Source: Desulfobacterales bacterium (GTDB lineage: Bacteria > Desulfobacterota > Desulfobacteria > Desulfobacterales > UBA2174). Taken from it: a DNA stretch of 64,000 bases. Positions 30,352 through 41,017 of the stretch are shown here, one piece after another. Below the pieces are notes generated by a model. It worked only from the letters and a program-made list of their open reading frames with translations, did not search any database and was not told the origin of the DNA. Position 1 is the stretch's first letter. Each line of letters opens with the position of its first letter. Location: the NCBI GenBank assembly GCA_963668645.2, contig CAXXWC010000015.1, positions 120,074-184,073 on the forward strand, given 5' to 3'. A program made the position numbers and the translations under genes.

Positions 30352-31359
30352 ATGAATCCGAATGCATTTAAAAATCACCCGGTGCGGGCCCTGGGCCTTT
30401 GCTCCGGGGGGCTGGACAGTATCCTGGCCGCGCTGGTACTGCGCGATCAAGGCATCCAGGTTGTCTGGGTCTGTTTCGAGACCCCTTTTTTCGGAGCCGA
30501 GCGCGCCCGCCAGGCCGCCCGTCAAACCGGGGTCGAACTGATCGTGCGATCCATTACCCCGATCTACCTGGAAATGCTGCGCCACCCGCACTGCGGTTAC
30601 GGCCGGCACATGAACCCCTGCATGGACTGCCATGCGCTGATGTTCCGCCTGGCCGGTGAGATCATGGAAAAGGAAGGCTTCGATTTTCTTTTCAGCGGCG
30701 AAGTCCTCGGCCAGCGGCCCATGAGTCAAACCCGCAACGCCCTGCGCTACGTGGAAAAGCACAGCGGCCGAGCCGGCCTGATCCTGCGTCCCCTTAGCGC
30801 TCGCCGCCTGCCGGAAACCTTTCCCGAGCAGCAGGGGCTGGTGGACCGCAACCGCCTGCTCGATTTGAGCGGCCGCGGCCGCAAGGCCCAGATCGCCATG
30901 GCGGCCCAGCGCGGCATCGTCGACTATCCGGCCCCTGCCGGCGGCTGCCTGCTCACCGACAAGGGATACAGCACCCGTTTGCGCGACCTGTTCGGGCACC
31001 AGTCCGACTGGCGCGAATCGGAGCTGCACCTGCTCAAGTACGGCCGCCACCTGCGCCTGGGGCCACGGACCAAGGTCGTGGTGGGCCGCAACCGGATCGA
31101 GAACGAACAGATCGAAAGTTATATCGATCCAGGCTGCGACATCCGACTCAAGTGCGTCTCTTTTCCAGGCCCCTTGGCCGTGGTGCCTGGCGGTGCGCCG
31201 CAGGAGTTGATCCTTCTGGCCGCGGCCATCTGTGCCGGGTATGGCAAAACCGCAGCGGACCGTGCGGCCACGATTCAAACTCGCAGCCCGGATGGGTTTG
31301 GCGCCGTTGAAGTCCTGCCGCTGGAAACTGCACAGATTCAACGCTACCTGATTCAGTAG
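30352..31359 (+). CDS. ThiI/MnmA-like PP-loop tRNA thiolation protein
   Basis: SGGLDS, NPCMDCH, GEVLGQRPMSQ, PAGGCLLT. Confidence 0.8.
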   Translation: MNPNAFKNHPVRALGLCSGGLDSILAALVLRDQGIQVVWVCFETPFFGAERARQAARQTGVELIVRSITPIYLEMLRHPHCGYGRHMNPCMDCHALMFRLAGEIMEKEGFDFLFSGEVLGQRPMSQTRNALRYVEKHSGRAGLILRPLSARRLPETFPEQQGLVDRNRLLDLSGRGRKAQIAMAAQRGIVDYPAPAGGCLLTDKGYSTRLRDLFGHQSDWRESELHLLKYGRHLRLGPRTKVVVGRNRIENEQIESYIDPGCDIRLKCVSFPGPLAVVPGGAPQELILLAAAICAGYGKTAADRAATIQTRSPDGFGAVEVLPLETAQIQRYLIQ

Positions 31360-32408
31360 CCCCGGTGAGCGCCCTTGAGCTGGCCGCAGGCCGCGGCGAT
31401 CTCCTGCCCCTTGCTGTAGCGCACGATGGCCGTCTGGTGGCGATCGGCGAGCTGTTGCAAAAAAGCATCCACGACGGGTGCATCCGGCCGCTGAAAATCG
31501 CTTCCGGAATGCGCATTGAAAGGGATCAGGTTGACCTTGGCGCGGATCCCGTGCAACCGGGAGACCAGACGCCGGGCGTGGGCGGGGCTGTCGTTGATCC
31601 CGGCAATGAGGATATACTCGAAAGTGATGCGCCGCCGGGGCGCCAGGGGAAAGGCACGGCAGGCCTCCAGAAGCGCATCGAGGGGATAGCGGCGGTTGAC
31701 CGGCATCAAGCGGCTGCGCGTTTCGTCGTCGCTGGCATTGAGCGATACGGCCAGGTTGACGCGGCTGTCGCGGCCCAGGTCGGCCAGACGCGGCACCAGG
31801 CCGACGGTGGAAAGGGTCACCCGGCGGGCCGAGACCCCCAGGCCGTAATCGGCATCGGCGATCACGGCAAGGGCATCGATGACGTTGCGGTAATTGGCCA
31901 GGGGCTCTCCCATGCCCATCAGCACCACGTTGGTCAGCGGCAGCCGGTCCCCGGCGGCCATGGCCGCCACGTCGCGCACCTGGGCCAGGATCTCCCCGGC
32001 GGACAAATCGCGCACCAGCCCTCCCCGGCCCGTCATGCAGAACCGGCACCCCTGGGCGCAGCCGACCTGGGTCGAAATGCACAGGGTCTGATGGCTGCGC
32101 TCGCGGATCAGCACGGTCTCGATGCTTTCTCCGTCCGCCAAACCGAAAAGGAACTTGCGCGTACCGTCGTCGGCGACCGATTCGGCAAGGCGCTGCAACC
32201 GGCCGACGAAAAAATCCATCGCCAGCGCTTCACGCAATGGTTTGGCCAGATCGGTCATGCATGAAAAATCATCCGTCTGGCGCCGGTGGATCCAGCGCAG
32301 AATCTGGGCGGCGTGAAAGGCGCGCATTCCGCGTGCACCAAGCCAGGCTTGAAGCGCGCCGAGGGGCAACTCCTTGATATCTATTTTGTTCACTGTTGCA
32401 AAGGCCAT
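31353..32408 (-). CDS. rlmN: 23S rRNA/tRNA m2A methyltransferase RlmN
   Basis: CISTQVGCAQGCRFC, MGMGEP, AACGQL. Confidence 0.95.
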   Translation of the reverse strand: MAFATVNKIDIKELPLGALQAWLGARGMRAFHAAQILRWIHRRQTDDFSCMTDLAKPLREALAMDFFVGRLQRLAESVADDGTRKFLFGLADGESIETVLIRERSHQTLCISTQVGCAQGCRFCMTGRGGLVRDLSAGEILAQVRDVAAMAAGDRLPLTNVVLMGMGEPLANYRNVIDALAVIADADYGLGVSARRVTLSTVGLVPRLADLGRDSRVNLAVSLNASDDETRSRLMPVNRRYPLDALLEACRAFPLAPRRRITFEYILIAGINDSPAHARRLVSRLHGIRAKVNLIPFNAHSGSDFQRPDAPVVDAFLQQLADRHQTAIVRYSKGQEIAAACGQLKGAHRGY

Positions 32409-32518
32409 TCGATTAGGATAGATTATTTTGATTTAAGCAGGCTTCATTTTGCTTGACATAGCATCGAAGTGCGTCTATTTACAATGATTTTGTACTTTAC
32501 ACCGGTTGTGGGGCCGCG

Positions 32519-33850
32519 ATGTTTGACAATTTATCCGAACGGCTCGAGTCGGTCTTCAAAAAGCTTAAAGGCCACGGTAAGTTAACTGAAAGCAACATCG
32601 AAGACGGCCTCAAGGAAGTCCGCTTGGCCCTGCTCGAAGCGGACGTTCATTACCGGGTCGTAAAAAAATTCATCGGCGACGTCAAACAGCGCGCCTTGGG
32701 CCAGGAAGTCATGGCCAGCCTGACCCCCGGCCAGCAGGTGGTCAAGATCGTCAACGACGAGCTGACCGTTCTGATGGGTGCCAGCAACGCCGAGCTGAAC
32801 CTGGCCGGCCCCCATCCGGTGCCGCTGATGCTCGTCGGTTTGCAGGGTTCGGGCAAGACCACCACGGCCGGTAAGCTGGCGGTCTTTTTGCGCGGCCGTG
32901 GAAGAAAGCCGTACCTAGTGCCGGCCGATGTCTACCGGCCGGCGGCCATCGACCAACTGGTGACCCTGGGCCGGCAGATCGACATACCCGTCTATCCATC
33001 CACGACGGATATGGATCCGGTTCAGATCTGTCAGAAGGCCCGCGCCGTGGCCCAGCAGGCCGGCTGTGACACCGTACTGCTCGACACCGCCGGTCGGCTG
33101 CACATCGATGCCGGTCTGATGGACGAGTTGGCCCGCATCCGCGAGGCGGTCAATCCGGCCGACATCCTGTTGGTGGCCGATGCCATGACCGGCCAGGATG
33201 CCGTGAACATCGCCAAAGCCTTTGACGAGAAGCTCGACATCGGGGGCGTGGTTCTGACCAAGATGGACGGCGATGCCCGCGGCGGGGCGGCCCTGTCGAT
33301 CCGGTCCATCACCGGCAAACCGATCAAATTTGTCGGGGTGGGCGAAAAGCTAAGCGCTCTGGAGGTCTTTCACCCGGATCGCATGGCCTCAAAGATCCTG
33401 GGAATGGGCGACGTCTTGTCGCTGATTGAAAAAGCCCAGTCCGTGGTGGATGAAAAGCAGGCACTCCAGCTTCAAAAAAAGCTGCGGCGAAACGAGTTCA
33501 CTCTGGAAGATTTTCGCAATCAGCTCCAGCAGATCGGCAAGATGGGCCCGTTGGGCGATCTGTTGGGGATGATTCCCGGCTTAGGCCGGCACAAGGAATT
33601 GAAAAACCTCAAAGTAGAAGAAAAGGAGCTCGGCCGGATCGTGGCCATCATCAACTCCATGACCCCGCAAGAGCGGCGCCAGCACGGCATTATCAACGGC
33701 AGCCGCCGCAAACGGATCGCCGTGGGTAGCGGGACCAGCGTTCAGGAGGTCAACCGGCTGCTGAAAGATTACGGACAAATGTTGAAAATGATGAAGAAAA
33801 TTAACAAAGGCGGGATGCGCGGCATGGGCCGCGGAGTCCTGCCGTTCTGA
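32519..33850 (+). CDS. ffh: Signal recognition particle protein
   Basis: [25 protein letters not shown]; Met-rich M domain. Confidence 0.97.
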   Translation: MFDNLSERLESVFKKLKGHGKLTESNIEDGLKEVRLALLEADVHYRVVKKFIGDVKQRALGQEVMASLTPGQQVVKIVNDELTVLMGASNAELNLAGPHPVPLMLVGLQGSGKTTTAGKLAVFLRGRGRKPYLVPADVYRPAAIDQLVTLGRQIDIPVYPSTTDMDPVQICQKARAVAQQAGCDTVLLDTAGRLHIDAGLMDELARIREAVNPADILLVADAMTGQDAVNIAKAFDEKLDIGGVVLTKMDGDARGGAALSIRSITGKPIKFVGVGEKLSALEVFHPDRMASKILGMGDVLSLIEKAQSVVDEKQALQLQKKLRRNEFTLEDFRNQLQQIGKMGPLGDLLGMIPGLGRHKELKNLKVEEKELGRIVAIINSMTPQERRQHGIINGSRRKRIAVGSGTSVQEVNRLLKDYGQMLKMMKKINKGGMRGMGRGVLPF

Positions 33851-33863
33851 GGAGAAACCACCC

Positions 33864-34118
33864 ATGCCGACTAAGATCAGACTCGCCCGCCACGGCGCCA
33901 AGAAACGTCCCTTTTACCGCGTTGTCGTGGCAAATTCAGAAAGTCCGCGCGACGGCCGCTTCCTTGAAACCGTGGGCACCTATAATCCGTTGAGCAATCC
34001 GGCCCTGGTGACGTTGAAAAACGAACGAATCCGCGAATGGCTGGATCGGGGAGCCATCCCCACCGATACGGTTCGCAGTCTTTTGAAAAAAGAGGGGGTG
34101 TTGAACAGCCTGTCCTAG
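33864..34118 (+). CDS. rpsP: 30S ribosomal protein S16
   Basis: [20 protein letters not shown]...RDGRF. Confidence 0.97.
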   Translation: MPTKIRLARHGAKKRPFYRVVVANSESPRDGRFLETVGTYNPLSNPALVTLKNERIREWLDRGAIPTDTVRSLLKKEGVLNSLS

Positions 34119-34313
34119 CCGCTACCGGATAGACAAGTGCCGGATTGCCGCAAAAGGGGCGGCCGGAATCGAAAAGCACCACATATCAAGCATATGTGAG
34201 CATTTTCGAAGAGGCCGCAGCCTGGCATGGCGGACCGGGACAGCGTCTATCCACCGGCGGCCAATCCACTGTCGCGGCCCGCAGAGCAACCTTCAGCATA
34301 AGGAGATGTGTTC

Positions 34314-34544
34314 ATGAAAGAGCTGATCGAGTATATCGCCCAGGCCCTGGTCGACCATCCGGATCAAGTGAACGTCTCCGAAGTGGAAGGAAATCAAACA
34401 TCCGTGCTTGAGTTGAAGGTTGCCAAGGAGGATCTGGGCAAGGTCATCGGCAAACAGGGACGTACCGCCCGGGCCATGCGCACCATCCTCAGCGCCGCTT
34501 CGGCCAAAATCAAGAAGCGCACCGTACTGGAAATCATCGAATAG
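34314..34544 (+). CDS. khpA: KH-domain RNA-binding protein
   Basis: [13 protein letters not shown]; canonical position after rpsP. Confidence 0.93.
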   Translation: MKELIEYIAQALVDHPDQVNVSEVEGNQTSVLELKVAKEDLGKVIGKQGRTARAMRTILSAASAKIKKRTVLEIIE

Positions 34545-34549
34545 GCACC

Positions 34550-35059
34550 ATGGAAACCGAAGCCCTGGTCCCCCTCGGCAAAGTGGTCGGCGCTCACGGC
34601 ATCCGCGGTCTGGTGAAAGTTGCTTTCTACTCGGGCCAGGCACCGGATCTGGGCCCCGACCCGTCCATCGAACTGCGCCGTCCGGACGGTGAAACGTCTT
34701 GCTTCAAGGTGCTGAAGCTGACCGCCCATCAGCATCAGTTCATCGCCGCCTTGGCCGGGGTCGACGACCGCAACGCAGCCGAAGGGTTGGCCGGTGCCGA
34801 AGTGGTCGTGTCTCGCGGGTGGTTGCCCCAGCCCGAGGCGGACAGCTTTTACTGGGCGGATCTGATCGGTTTGGCCGTCACCACCATGGATGGAACGCCT
34901 CTTGGCAACCTGATACGGATCATCGAGACCGGCGCCAACGATGTCTATGTGGTACGCCGAGGACGCGTGGAAACCCTGGTCCCGGCCCTGGCATCGGTGG
35001 TCCAACGGGTCGATCTGGGACAGCGGCGCATGTGGGTCGATCTTCCCGAGGGCTTGTGA
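34550..35059 (+). CDS. rimM: Ribosome maturation factor RimM
   Basis: AHGIRG, FYWADLIG, TGANDV. Confidence 0.95.
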   Translation: METEALVPLGKVVGAHGIRGLVKVAFYSGQAPDLGPDPSIELRRPDGETSCFKVLKLTAHQHQFIAALAGVDDRNAAEGLAGAEVVVSRGWLPQPEADSFYWADLIGLAVTTMDGTPLGNLIRIIETGANDVYVVRRGRVETLVPALASVVQRVDLGQRRMWVDLPEGL

Positions 35060-35065
35060 AGACCG

Positions 35066-35863
35066 ATGCACTTTACCGTCCTGACCCTCTTTCCGGAGCT
35101 CTTTGAACCGTTCTGGAATCATGGGATCATCCGGCGCGCCATCGAAAGACGGATCATCGGTGCCGAAGCGGTCAACATCCGTGATTTCGCCGCCGGCCGC
35201 CATCAGGTAACCGACGACCGGCCCTACGGCGGCGGCTGCGGCATGGTCATGAAGCCCGAACCACTGGCCGAAGCCATCGCCAGGGCCCGCCGGCAGCGGC
35301 CCGCAGACCTGACGATTCTGCTCTCGCCCCAGGGCCGGCCCATGGATCAGGCCCTGGCGGCAGATCTGGCCGGGCAGCAGGGGCTGATCCTGGTCTGCGG
35401 GCGCTACGAAGGGGTCGACGAAAGGGTTTGCCTCGATCTGGTGGACGTGGAAGTCTCCATCGGCGACTATGTGCTCACCGGAGGGGAATTGGCGGCCATG
35501 ATCGTGGTGGATGCGGTGACCCGCTTGTTGCCCGGCGCCTTGGGCGGCGCGGATTCGGCGGCCGAAGACTCGTTCAGCATGCCGGGGCTCGATTACGCCC
35601 AGTACACCCGGCCGCCGGTTTTTGAAGGCCAGGCGGTGCCGGAAGTGCTGCTGTCCGGGGATCATGCCCGCATTGCGGGCTGGCGGCGCGAATCGGCGCT
35701 GATCCGGACTCTGCTCAAGCGCAGCGATCTGCTGGGCCGGCGCCAGTTGGCGCCGGAGGAAGTGGCAACGCTGCACCGGTGGGCCAAGAAAATTGAGAGA
35801 ATCATAGATGCCCAGGCTCTATATGGCGCTGGTGCACCACCCGGTGATCGACAAAACCGGTGA
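35066..35863 (+). CDS. trmD: tRNA m1G37 methyltransferase
   Basis: [35 protein letters not shown]. Confidence 0.97.
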   Translation: MHFTVLTLFPELFEPFWNHGIIRRAIERRIIGAEAVNIRDFAAGRHQVTDDRPYGGGCGMVMKPEPLAEAIARARRQRPADLTILLSPQGRPMDQALAADLAGQQGLILVCGRYEGVDERVCLDLVDVEVSIGDYVLTGGELAAMIVVDAVTRLLPGALGGADSAAEDSFSMPGLDYAQYTRPPVFEGQAVPEVLLSGDHARIAGWRRESALIRTLLKRSDLLGRRQLAPEEVATLHRWAKKIERIIDAQALYGAGAPPGDRQNR

Positions 35864-36365
35864 GGTCATCGCATCGGCGGTGACCAACCTCGATTTGCAC
35901 GATCTGGCCCGCATCGGTCGCACCTTCGGCGTTGCTCGGTTTTACGTCGTCACGCCCTTGACCGATCAACAGGCCCTGGTACGCCGCATCGTGGACCACT
36001 GGTGCGAGGGGTTCGGAGCAGCCTATAATCCTCACCGGGGCCAGGCCATGGAGCGCATCCGGATCTGCGCACAAATGGAAGATGCGCTGGGCGCCATTTG
36101 CCAGCGTGAAGGTCGCCCCCCGCAAGTGGTGGCCACCTGCGCCCGCGACGGAGTGCAACGCATCGGTTTTGCCGCCCTGCGAGAGCAGATCGAGAACGGC
36201 ACCCCCTGCCTGTTGGTATTCGGGACGGCCTGGGGATTGGCCGACACGGTGATCGAAAAGGCCGGTGCCGTCCTCGAACCGATCCGGGGTGTGGACGATT
36301 ACAACCATCTGCCGGTGCGTGCCGCGACGGCCATCATCCTGGACCGCCTGGTGGGCAGGGGATGA
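35808..36365 (+). CDS. SPOUT-class RNA methyltransferase (trmD-associated)
   Basis: [31 protein letters not shown]. Confidence 0.85.
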   Translation: MPRLYMALVHHPVIDKTGEVIASAVTNLDLHDLARIGRTFGVARFYVVTPLTDQQALVRRIVDHWCEGFGAAYNPHRGQAMERIRICAQMEDALGAICQREGRPPQVVATCARDGVQRIGFAALREQIENGTPCLLVFGTAWGLADTVIEKAGAVLEPIRGVDDYNHLPVRAATAIILDRLVGRG

Positions 36366-36458
36366 TTGCTCTTGCGATTTTGAACGATTGCGTATACAAG
36401 CACGGCGCCGTTGGCACGGCCCGATGCCAATTCTACGGGAAACGATTGGAGAAACGAC

Positions 36459-36806
36459 ATGCAGCAAATTCGACGAATCGAACAGGAAATGATGCGCCTC
36501 GACCTGCCCCGCTTTTTGCCGGGCGATACGGTCCGGGTGCACGTGAAGATTAAAGAAGGTGAAAAGGAGCGCATCCAGGCCTTTCAGGGCGTCGTCATCA
36601 GCAAGCGCAAAGGCATGACCAACGCCACTTTTACGGTACGCAAAGTCTCCTACGGCGTCGGCGTGGAGAGAATCTTTCCGACCCATTCGCCGATCATCGA
36701 CAAAGTCGAGGTGATCACCCCCGGCCGGGTACGGCGCAGCAAAATCTACTATCTGCGCAAATTGCGCGGTAAGGCGGCCCGCATCAAGGAACGGCGTTTG
36801 AACTGA
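36459..36806 (+). CDS. rplS: 50S ribosomal protein L19
   Basis: [32 protein letters not shown]. Confidence 0.97.
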   Translation: MQQIRRIEQEMMRLDLPRFLPGDTVRVHVKIKEGEKERIQAFQGVVISKRKGMTNATFTVRKVSYGVGVERIFPTHSPIIDKVEVITPGRVRRSKIYYLRKLRGKAARIKERRLN

Positions 36807-36903
36807 TCCTGGCCAAAGCCCGGATACCAGACCGGATCCTGAGACCGGAAGAATCTTCGAACGGCCGTTGCGACTTCCGCCGGCAATCCCTCTGAGGAAA
36901 GCC

Positions 36904-37527
36904 ATGCGAGACGATCTGTGGGCCTACGAGAGCCGAGCCATGACCCATGGTTACCACCGGGTAGCCGGGGTGGATGAGGCCGGTCGCGGACCGCTGGCCG
37001 GACCGGTGGTGGCCGCTGCCGTGATCCTGCCTGAAGATCTGCCGGATCTGGAGCTCGACGATTCCAAGAAGTTGTCCCCCCGCCGCCGTTGCAGGGCGTA
37101 TGACGCCATCTACCAATGGGCGGTGGCGGTGGGGATCGGCATCGTTGATGCGGCCGAAATCGACCGCATCAACATCCTCAAAGCCGCCCTCCGCGGAATG
37201 GCCATGGCTGTGGCCAATCTTACGCCGGCACCCGATCTGATCCTGGTGGACGGTCCTTTTGCCATCCCGGCCCTGGAGATTGAACAGTCGCCCATCGTAA
37301 AGGGCGACGCGCTGAGCGCCTCCATCGCCGCTGCATCCATCGTGGCCAAGGTGACTCGCGACCGGATCATGGCCCGCTACGATCTGGAATACCCGCAGTT
37401 CGGCTTCGCAGCCCACAAAGGCTATCCGACCCGCGCCCACCGCAGCGCCATCGCCCTTCACGGCCCCTGCCCGATCCACCGGCGCAGTTTCCGCGGCACC
37501 CAAGCACAACCCCAAAGGCCCCGATGA
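36904..37527 (+). CDS. rnhB: Ribonuclease HII
   Basis: GVDEAGRGPLAGPV, DSKKL, AAASIVAKV, HKGY. Confidence 0.96.
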   Translation: MRDDLWAYESRAMTHGYHRVAGVDEAGRGPLAGPVVAAAVILPEDLPDLELDDSKKLSPRRRCRAYDAIYQWAVAVGIGIVDAAEIDRINILKAALRGMAMAVANLTPAPDLILVDGPFAIPALEIEQSPIVKGDALSASIAAASIVAKVTRDRIMARYDLEYPQFGFAAHKGYPTRAHRSAIALHGPCPIHRRSFRGTQAQPQRPR

Positions 37528-37895
37528 CCGCCGGGCGCCAGCTGTTGGGCCGCAGCGGCGAAGCGTTGGCCGAGGCCCTGCTGAAAACCCGCGGATATCG
37601 AATCCTGGAACGCAATTACCGCACCCGCCTGGGAGAGATCGACCTTATCGCCAAAGACGGCGCCACCCTGGTCTTTGTTGAAGTCAAGGTGCGCCGCAGC
37701 GGGCGCTTCGGGTCGGCCAAGGCGGCGATCACCGCCGCCAAGCGCCGCAAACTCTCCATAGTCGCCCTGCAGTACATCAAGAGCACCTGTGAAAAGCCGG
37801 TCCATGCACGCTTTGACGTCGTCGCCGTGGAACGGGGCGATGAAACGCCGCGGCTGGAACTGGTCCAAAACGCCTTCGAGCTTGCCTACCCCTGA
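37524..37895 (+). CDS. yraN: YraN-family nuclease-like protein
   Basis: GEIDLIA, FVEVK, RFDVV. Confidence 0.92.
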   Translation: MTAGRQLLGRSGEALAEALLKTRGYRILERNYRTRLGEIDLIAKDGATLVFVEVKVRRSGRFGSAKAAITAAKRRKLSIVALQYIKSTCEKPVHARFDVVAVERGDETPRLELVQNAFELAYP

Positions 37896-37991
37896 CCGCC
37901 TTTGAAAGGGTTTGCGTGCTTTGCGTCCGGCGGTCGGCTGAATGCAATTTATCTCTTGACAGCGACCCGGAACAAACGTTATGCGGGGTTC

Positions 37992-38007
37992 TCCATCATT
38001 TGCTGGA
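37992..38007. promoter_or_regulatory. Putative TetR operator
   Basis: Imperfect palindrome TCCATCATTTGCTGGA downstream of a TTGACA hexamer and upstream of tetR. Confidence 0.3.
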
Positions 38008-38099
38008 ATCGTATGTTGGAATCCTCCAGACGAAAATAACGGCACGTTGCGGCCCGATCCTTCGCCATCGCCGTAAAAACGCAAAAGCCCGGGAACCCG

Positions 38100-38735
38100 A
38101 TGCCCTCCCCACTGGAAAAAGCACGCCAGGCCCCCGAGTCGATGAAGGGGCGCATCCTCGACACCGCTCGCCGGCTCTTTGGCGAGTACGGCTTTTCAGG
38201 GGTCACCACCCGCATGATCGCCAAAACGGTCGGCATCGACATCTCGACCCTCTACTATCACTGGGGGGAAAAAAAGGATCTCTACGAGGCGGTCATCACC
38301 GATCTGAGCGACGAGATCCGCGCCAAGTTGAGGCATATTGAGACCCTGGTGCGCGGCCGGCCCCTGGCCCACCGCCTCGAAGTGGCCATCGAGGTCATGT
38401 GCGACTACCTCTTCGAGCGCCCCGAAGCGAGCAACCTGATCCTCTTCGCCTACCTGGGCAAATCCCGGGATGTGACCGAAATCGACCTGCGCCTCAAGGA
38501 GCACATCGCCAACATTGCCGTGGCCATGGGCTTGGCCCTGGACCGGACCAACATCCCGGCCCGGGCCAACGCACGGGTCCTGACCGTATGGAACGCGGTG
38601 ATCAACTTCACCTCCGGGGAAAACTTCTTTCGCCCCATGCTGGATGTCGATCACGGCGAATATATCGCCGTGGTCAAGGAAACCCTTAAATTCATCCTGA
38701 TTCCGGCTTTTACCCAGCCGGCGCCGACCCGCTGA
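38100..38735 (+). CDS. TetR/AcrR-family regulator
   Basis: ILDTARRLFGEYGF..TTRMIA..STLYYHWGEKKDLY. Confidence 0.93.
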   Translation: MPSPLEKARQAPESMKGRILDTARRLFGEYGFSGVTTRMIAKTVGIDISTLYYHWGEKKDLYEAVITDLSDEIRAKLRHIETLVRGRPLAHRLEVAIEVMCDYLFERPEASNLILFAYLGKSRDVTEIDLRLKEHIANIAVAMGLALDRTNIPARANARVLTVWNAVINFTSGENFFRPMLDVDHGEYIAVVKETLKFILIPAFTQPAPTR

Positions 38736-38873
38736 TCCGTCCGAAACCGTCGGCCGCACAGGGCACGGAAGGGATCGGCAGTCACAAACTTTGAACTGAA
38801 TTCATATCTCTAAAGCAGTTTTAAGACTTACATCCAATCGGTCCAATGGACCATCCGACAAGGAGGGAGGACG

Positions 38874-40985
38874 ATGGCGCTGAACATGGATGCAATCGGC
38901 AAACCCATCGGCCCGTTGACCAAGGCGTACACCTGGAAGGACTGTGTGCTGTACGCGCTGGGTGTGGGGGCCGGATTTTCCGAACTGGACTACTGCTATG
39001 AAAAAGACCTCAAGGTCATCCCGAGCTTTTCCATCGCGGCGGTGTTCGATTTCCTCTCCCAGGCCGGGGCCCTGTCCAACGTCAACCTGGCCGGGATCCT
39101 GCACGGCGAACAGGCCCTGGTCTTCCACAACCCCATCCCTCCTGAAGGCAAGCTGATCACCACCGGTCAGATCGACAACTACTACGACAAGGGCAAGGAC
39201 AAAGGCGCCCTGGTGGTGGCCACCTGTGAAACGCGCCACGACAGCGGCATCAAGCTCTTTACCGCCACGGCCACCATCTTCGCACGCCTCGACGGCGGCT
39301 TCGGCGGCGAAAATCTGCCCGCCATGCCGGTTGAGATCCCCGAGCAGGAGCCGGATTTCAGCGTGGCGGCCGCCCCTTCCACAGACCAGCCCCTGCTCTA
39401 CCGGCTCTCTGGGGACATCTTCCAGCTCCACGTGGATCCCGAGTTTGCCGGCATGGCCGGCTTCAAGATGCCCATCATGCACGGTCTGTGTACCCACGGC
39501 TTCGCCTGCCGGGCGTTGATTCAAAGCCTTTGCCCCGGAGCCCCGGAGCTGGTGCGCCGCCTCAACTGCCGTTTTTCCAAGCCCCTCTACCCCGGTGAGC
39601 CGATCCGCACCCTGGTCTGGCAAACGGGCCCGGGGCAGGCCGTCTGGCGCACGGTCAACGCCGAGACCGGCGATGTGGTGATCGACAACGGCATCTTCGA
39701 ATACGGTCCGGTGCCCAAGGACGAAATCCGTTTCGACGGCCGGGTGGCCATCGTCACCGGAGCCGGGGCCGGCCTGGGCCGGACCTACGCCCTGGAACTG
39801 GCCCGGCGCGGGGCCCGGGTGGTGGTCAACGACCTGGGCTCGGCCCGCGACGGCTCCGGGGACGGATCGAGCAGTCCGGCCGACCAGGTGGTGGCCGAGA
39901 TCAAGGCCGCCGGCGGCGAGGCGGTGGCCAACTACGAAAACGTGGCCACGCCCGAGGGCGGGGCCGCCATCGTCCAAACGGCCATCGAGGCCTTCGGCAC
40001 GGTGGATATTTTGATCAACAACGCCGGGATCCTGCGCGACAAGAGCTTTACCAAGATGGCGCCGGAAAACTGGCGCGCGGTGCTCGACGTGCATCTTAGC
40101 GGGGCCTACCACGTCACCCGGCCGGCCTTCGAGGTGATGAAGGCCAAGGGTTACGGGCGCATCGTGATGACCACCTCGGCCGCCGGGCTTTACGGCAACT
40201 TCGGCCAGACCAACTACACGGCGGCCAAGCTGGCCCTGGTGGGGCTGATGAACACCCTCAAGCTCGAAGGGGCCAAATACGACATCAAGGTCAACACCAT
40301 CGCTCCGGTGGCCGCCTCGCGCCTGACCGAGGACATCCTGCCGCCCGACCTGATCGAGAAGCTCAAGCCCGAATACGTGGCGCCCCTGGTGATGGTCCTG
40401 TGCGCCGAACGCTGCCCCGAAACCGGCCGCATCTACAACGCCGGCATGGGCTTTTACAACCGCGCGGCGCTGGTCACCGGACCGGGAACCGTGGTGGGCG
40501 GCGGCCAGGTGCCCACGGTGGACGACGTGGCCGGTGCCATCGACCGCATCGCCGGTCTGGAAAAAGGCAAAGAGTACTTCCAGCTCAACGACCAGTTCGG
40601 CGACGTGCTGGCCGCCTTCGACGCACCGGCGGCCAAGGTAGGCAAACCGGCGACCGGCGGTGAATTCACCCGGCCGGCCGATGTCTTTGCCGCCATGCCG
40701 GCGGTCTTCCAAGCCGACAAGGCCGCCGGTGTGGCGGCGGTCTTTCAGTACAAGATCAGCGGGGACGACGGCGGTCAGTGGTTCTGCGCCGTGAAAGACG
40801 GCGCTTGCGATATCCAGGAAGGCAGTCATGACAGTCCCACCTGCACCCTGGAGATGGCAGCACCGGATTTTCTGGCGATGATCGGCGGCACCCTGCCCGC
40901 CATGCAGGCCTATACCTCGGGCAAACTCAAGATCGGCGGGGATATCATGAAGAGCCAGCTAATCGGGAAACTGTTTAAACTTTAA
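38874..40985 (+). CDS. Multifunctional MaoC hydratase-SDR dehydrogenase-SCP2 protein (MFE-2-like)
   Basis: LYALGVG, LHGEQ, YRLSGD..LHVDP..PIMHGLC; TGAGAGLG, VVVNDLG, NNAGILRD, YTAAK; C-terminal SCP2 (MQAYTSGKLKIGGD). Confidence 0.9.
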   Translation: MALNMDAIGKPIGPLTKAYTWKDCVLYALGVGAGFSELDYCYEKDLKVIPSFSIAAVFDFLSQAGALSNVNLAGILHGEQALVFHNPIPPEGKLITTGQIDNYYDKGKDKGALVVATCETRHDSGIKLFTATATIFARLDGGFGGENLPAMPVEIPEQEPDFSVAAAPSTDQPLLYRLSGDIFQLHVDPEFAGMAGFKMPIMHGLCTHGFACRALIQSLCPGAPELVRRLNCRFSKPLYPGEPIRTLVWQTGPGQAVWRTVNAETGDVVIDNGIFEYGPVPKDEIRFDGRVAIVTGAGAGLGRTYALELARRGARVVVNDLGSARDGSGDGSSSPADQVVAEIKAAGGEAVANYENVATPEGGAAIVQTAIEAFGTVDILINNAGILRDKSFTKMAPENWRAVLDVHLSGAYHVTRPAFEVMKAKGYGRIVMTTSAAGLYGNFGQTNYTAAKLALVGLMNTLKLEGAKYDIKVNTIAPVAASRLTEDILPPDLIEKLKPEYVAPLVMVLCAERCPETGRIYNAGMGFYNRAALVTGPGTVVGGGQVPTVDDVAGAIDRIAGLEKGKEYFQLNDQFGDVLAAFDAPAAKVGKPATGGEFTRPADVFAAMPAVFQADKAAGVAAVFQYKISGDDGGQWFCAVKDGACDIQEGSHDSPTCTLEMAAPDFLAMIGGTLPAMQAYTSGKLKIGGDIMKSQLIGKLFKL
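39743..40216 (+). repeat. 474-bp direct repeat, copy 1 (SDR coding)
   Basis: Matches 42505-42978 with one mismatch seen by eye. Confidence 0.9.
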
Positions 40986-41017
40986 AATCCCCTGCGATTT
41001 CAAAAAGGAGTCGAAAA

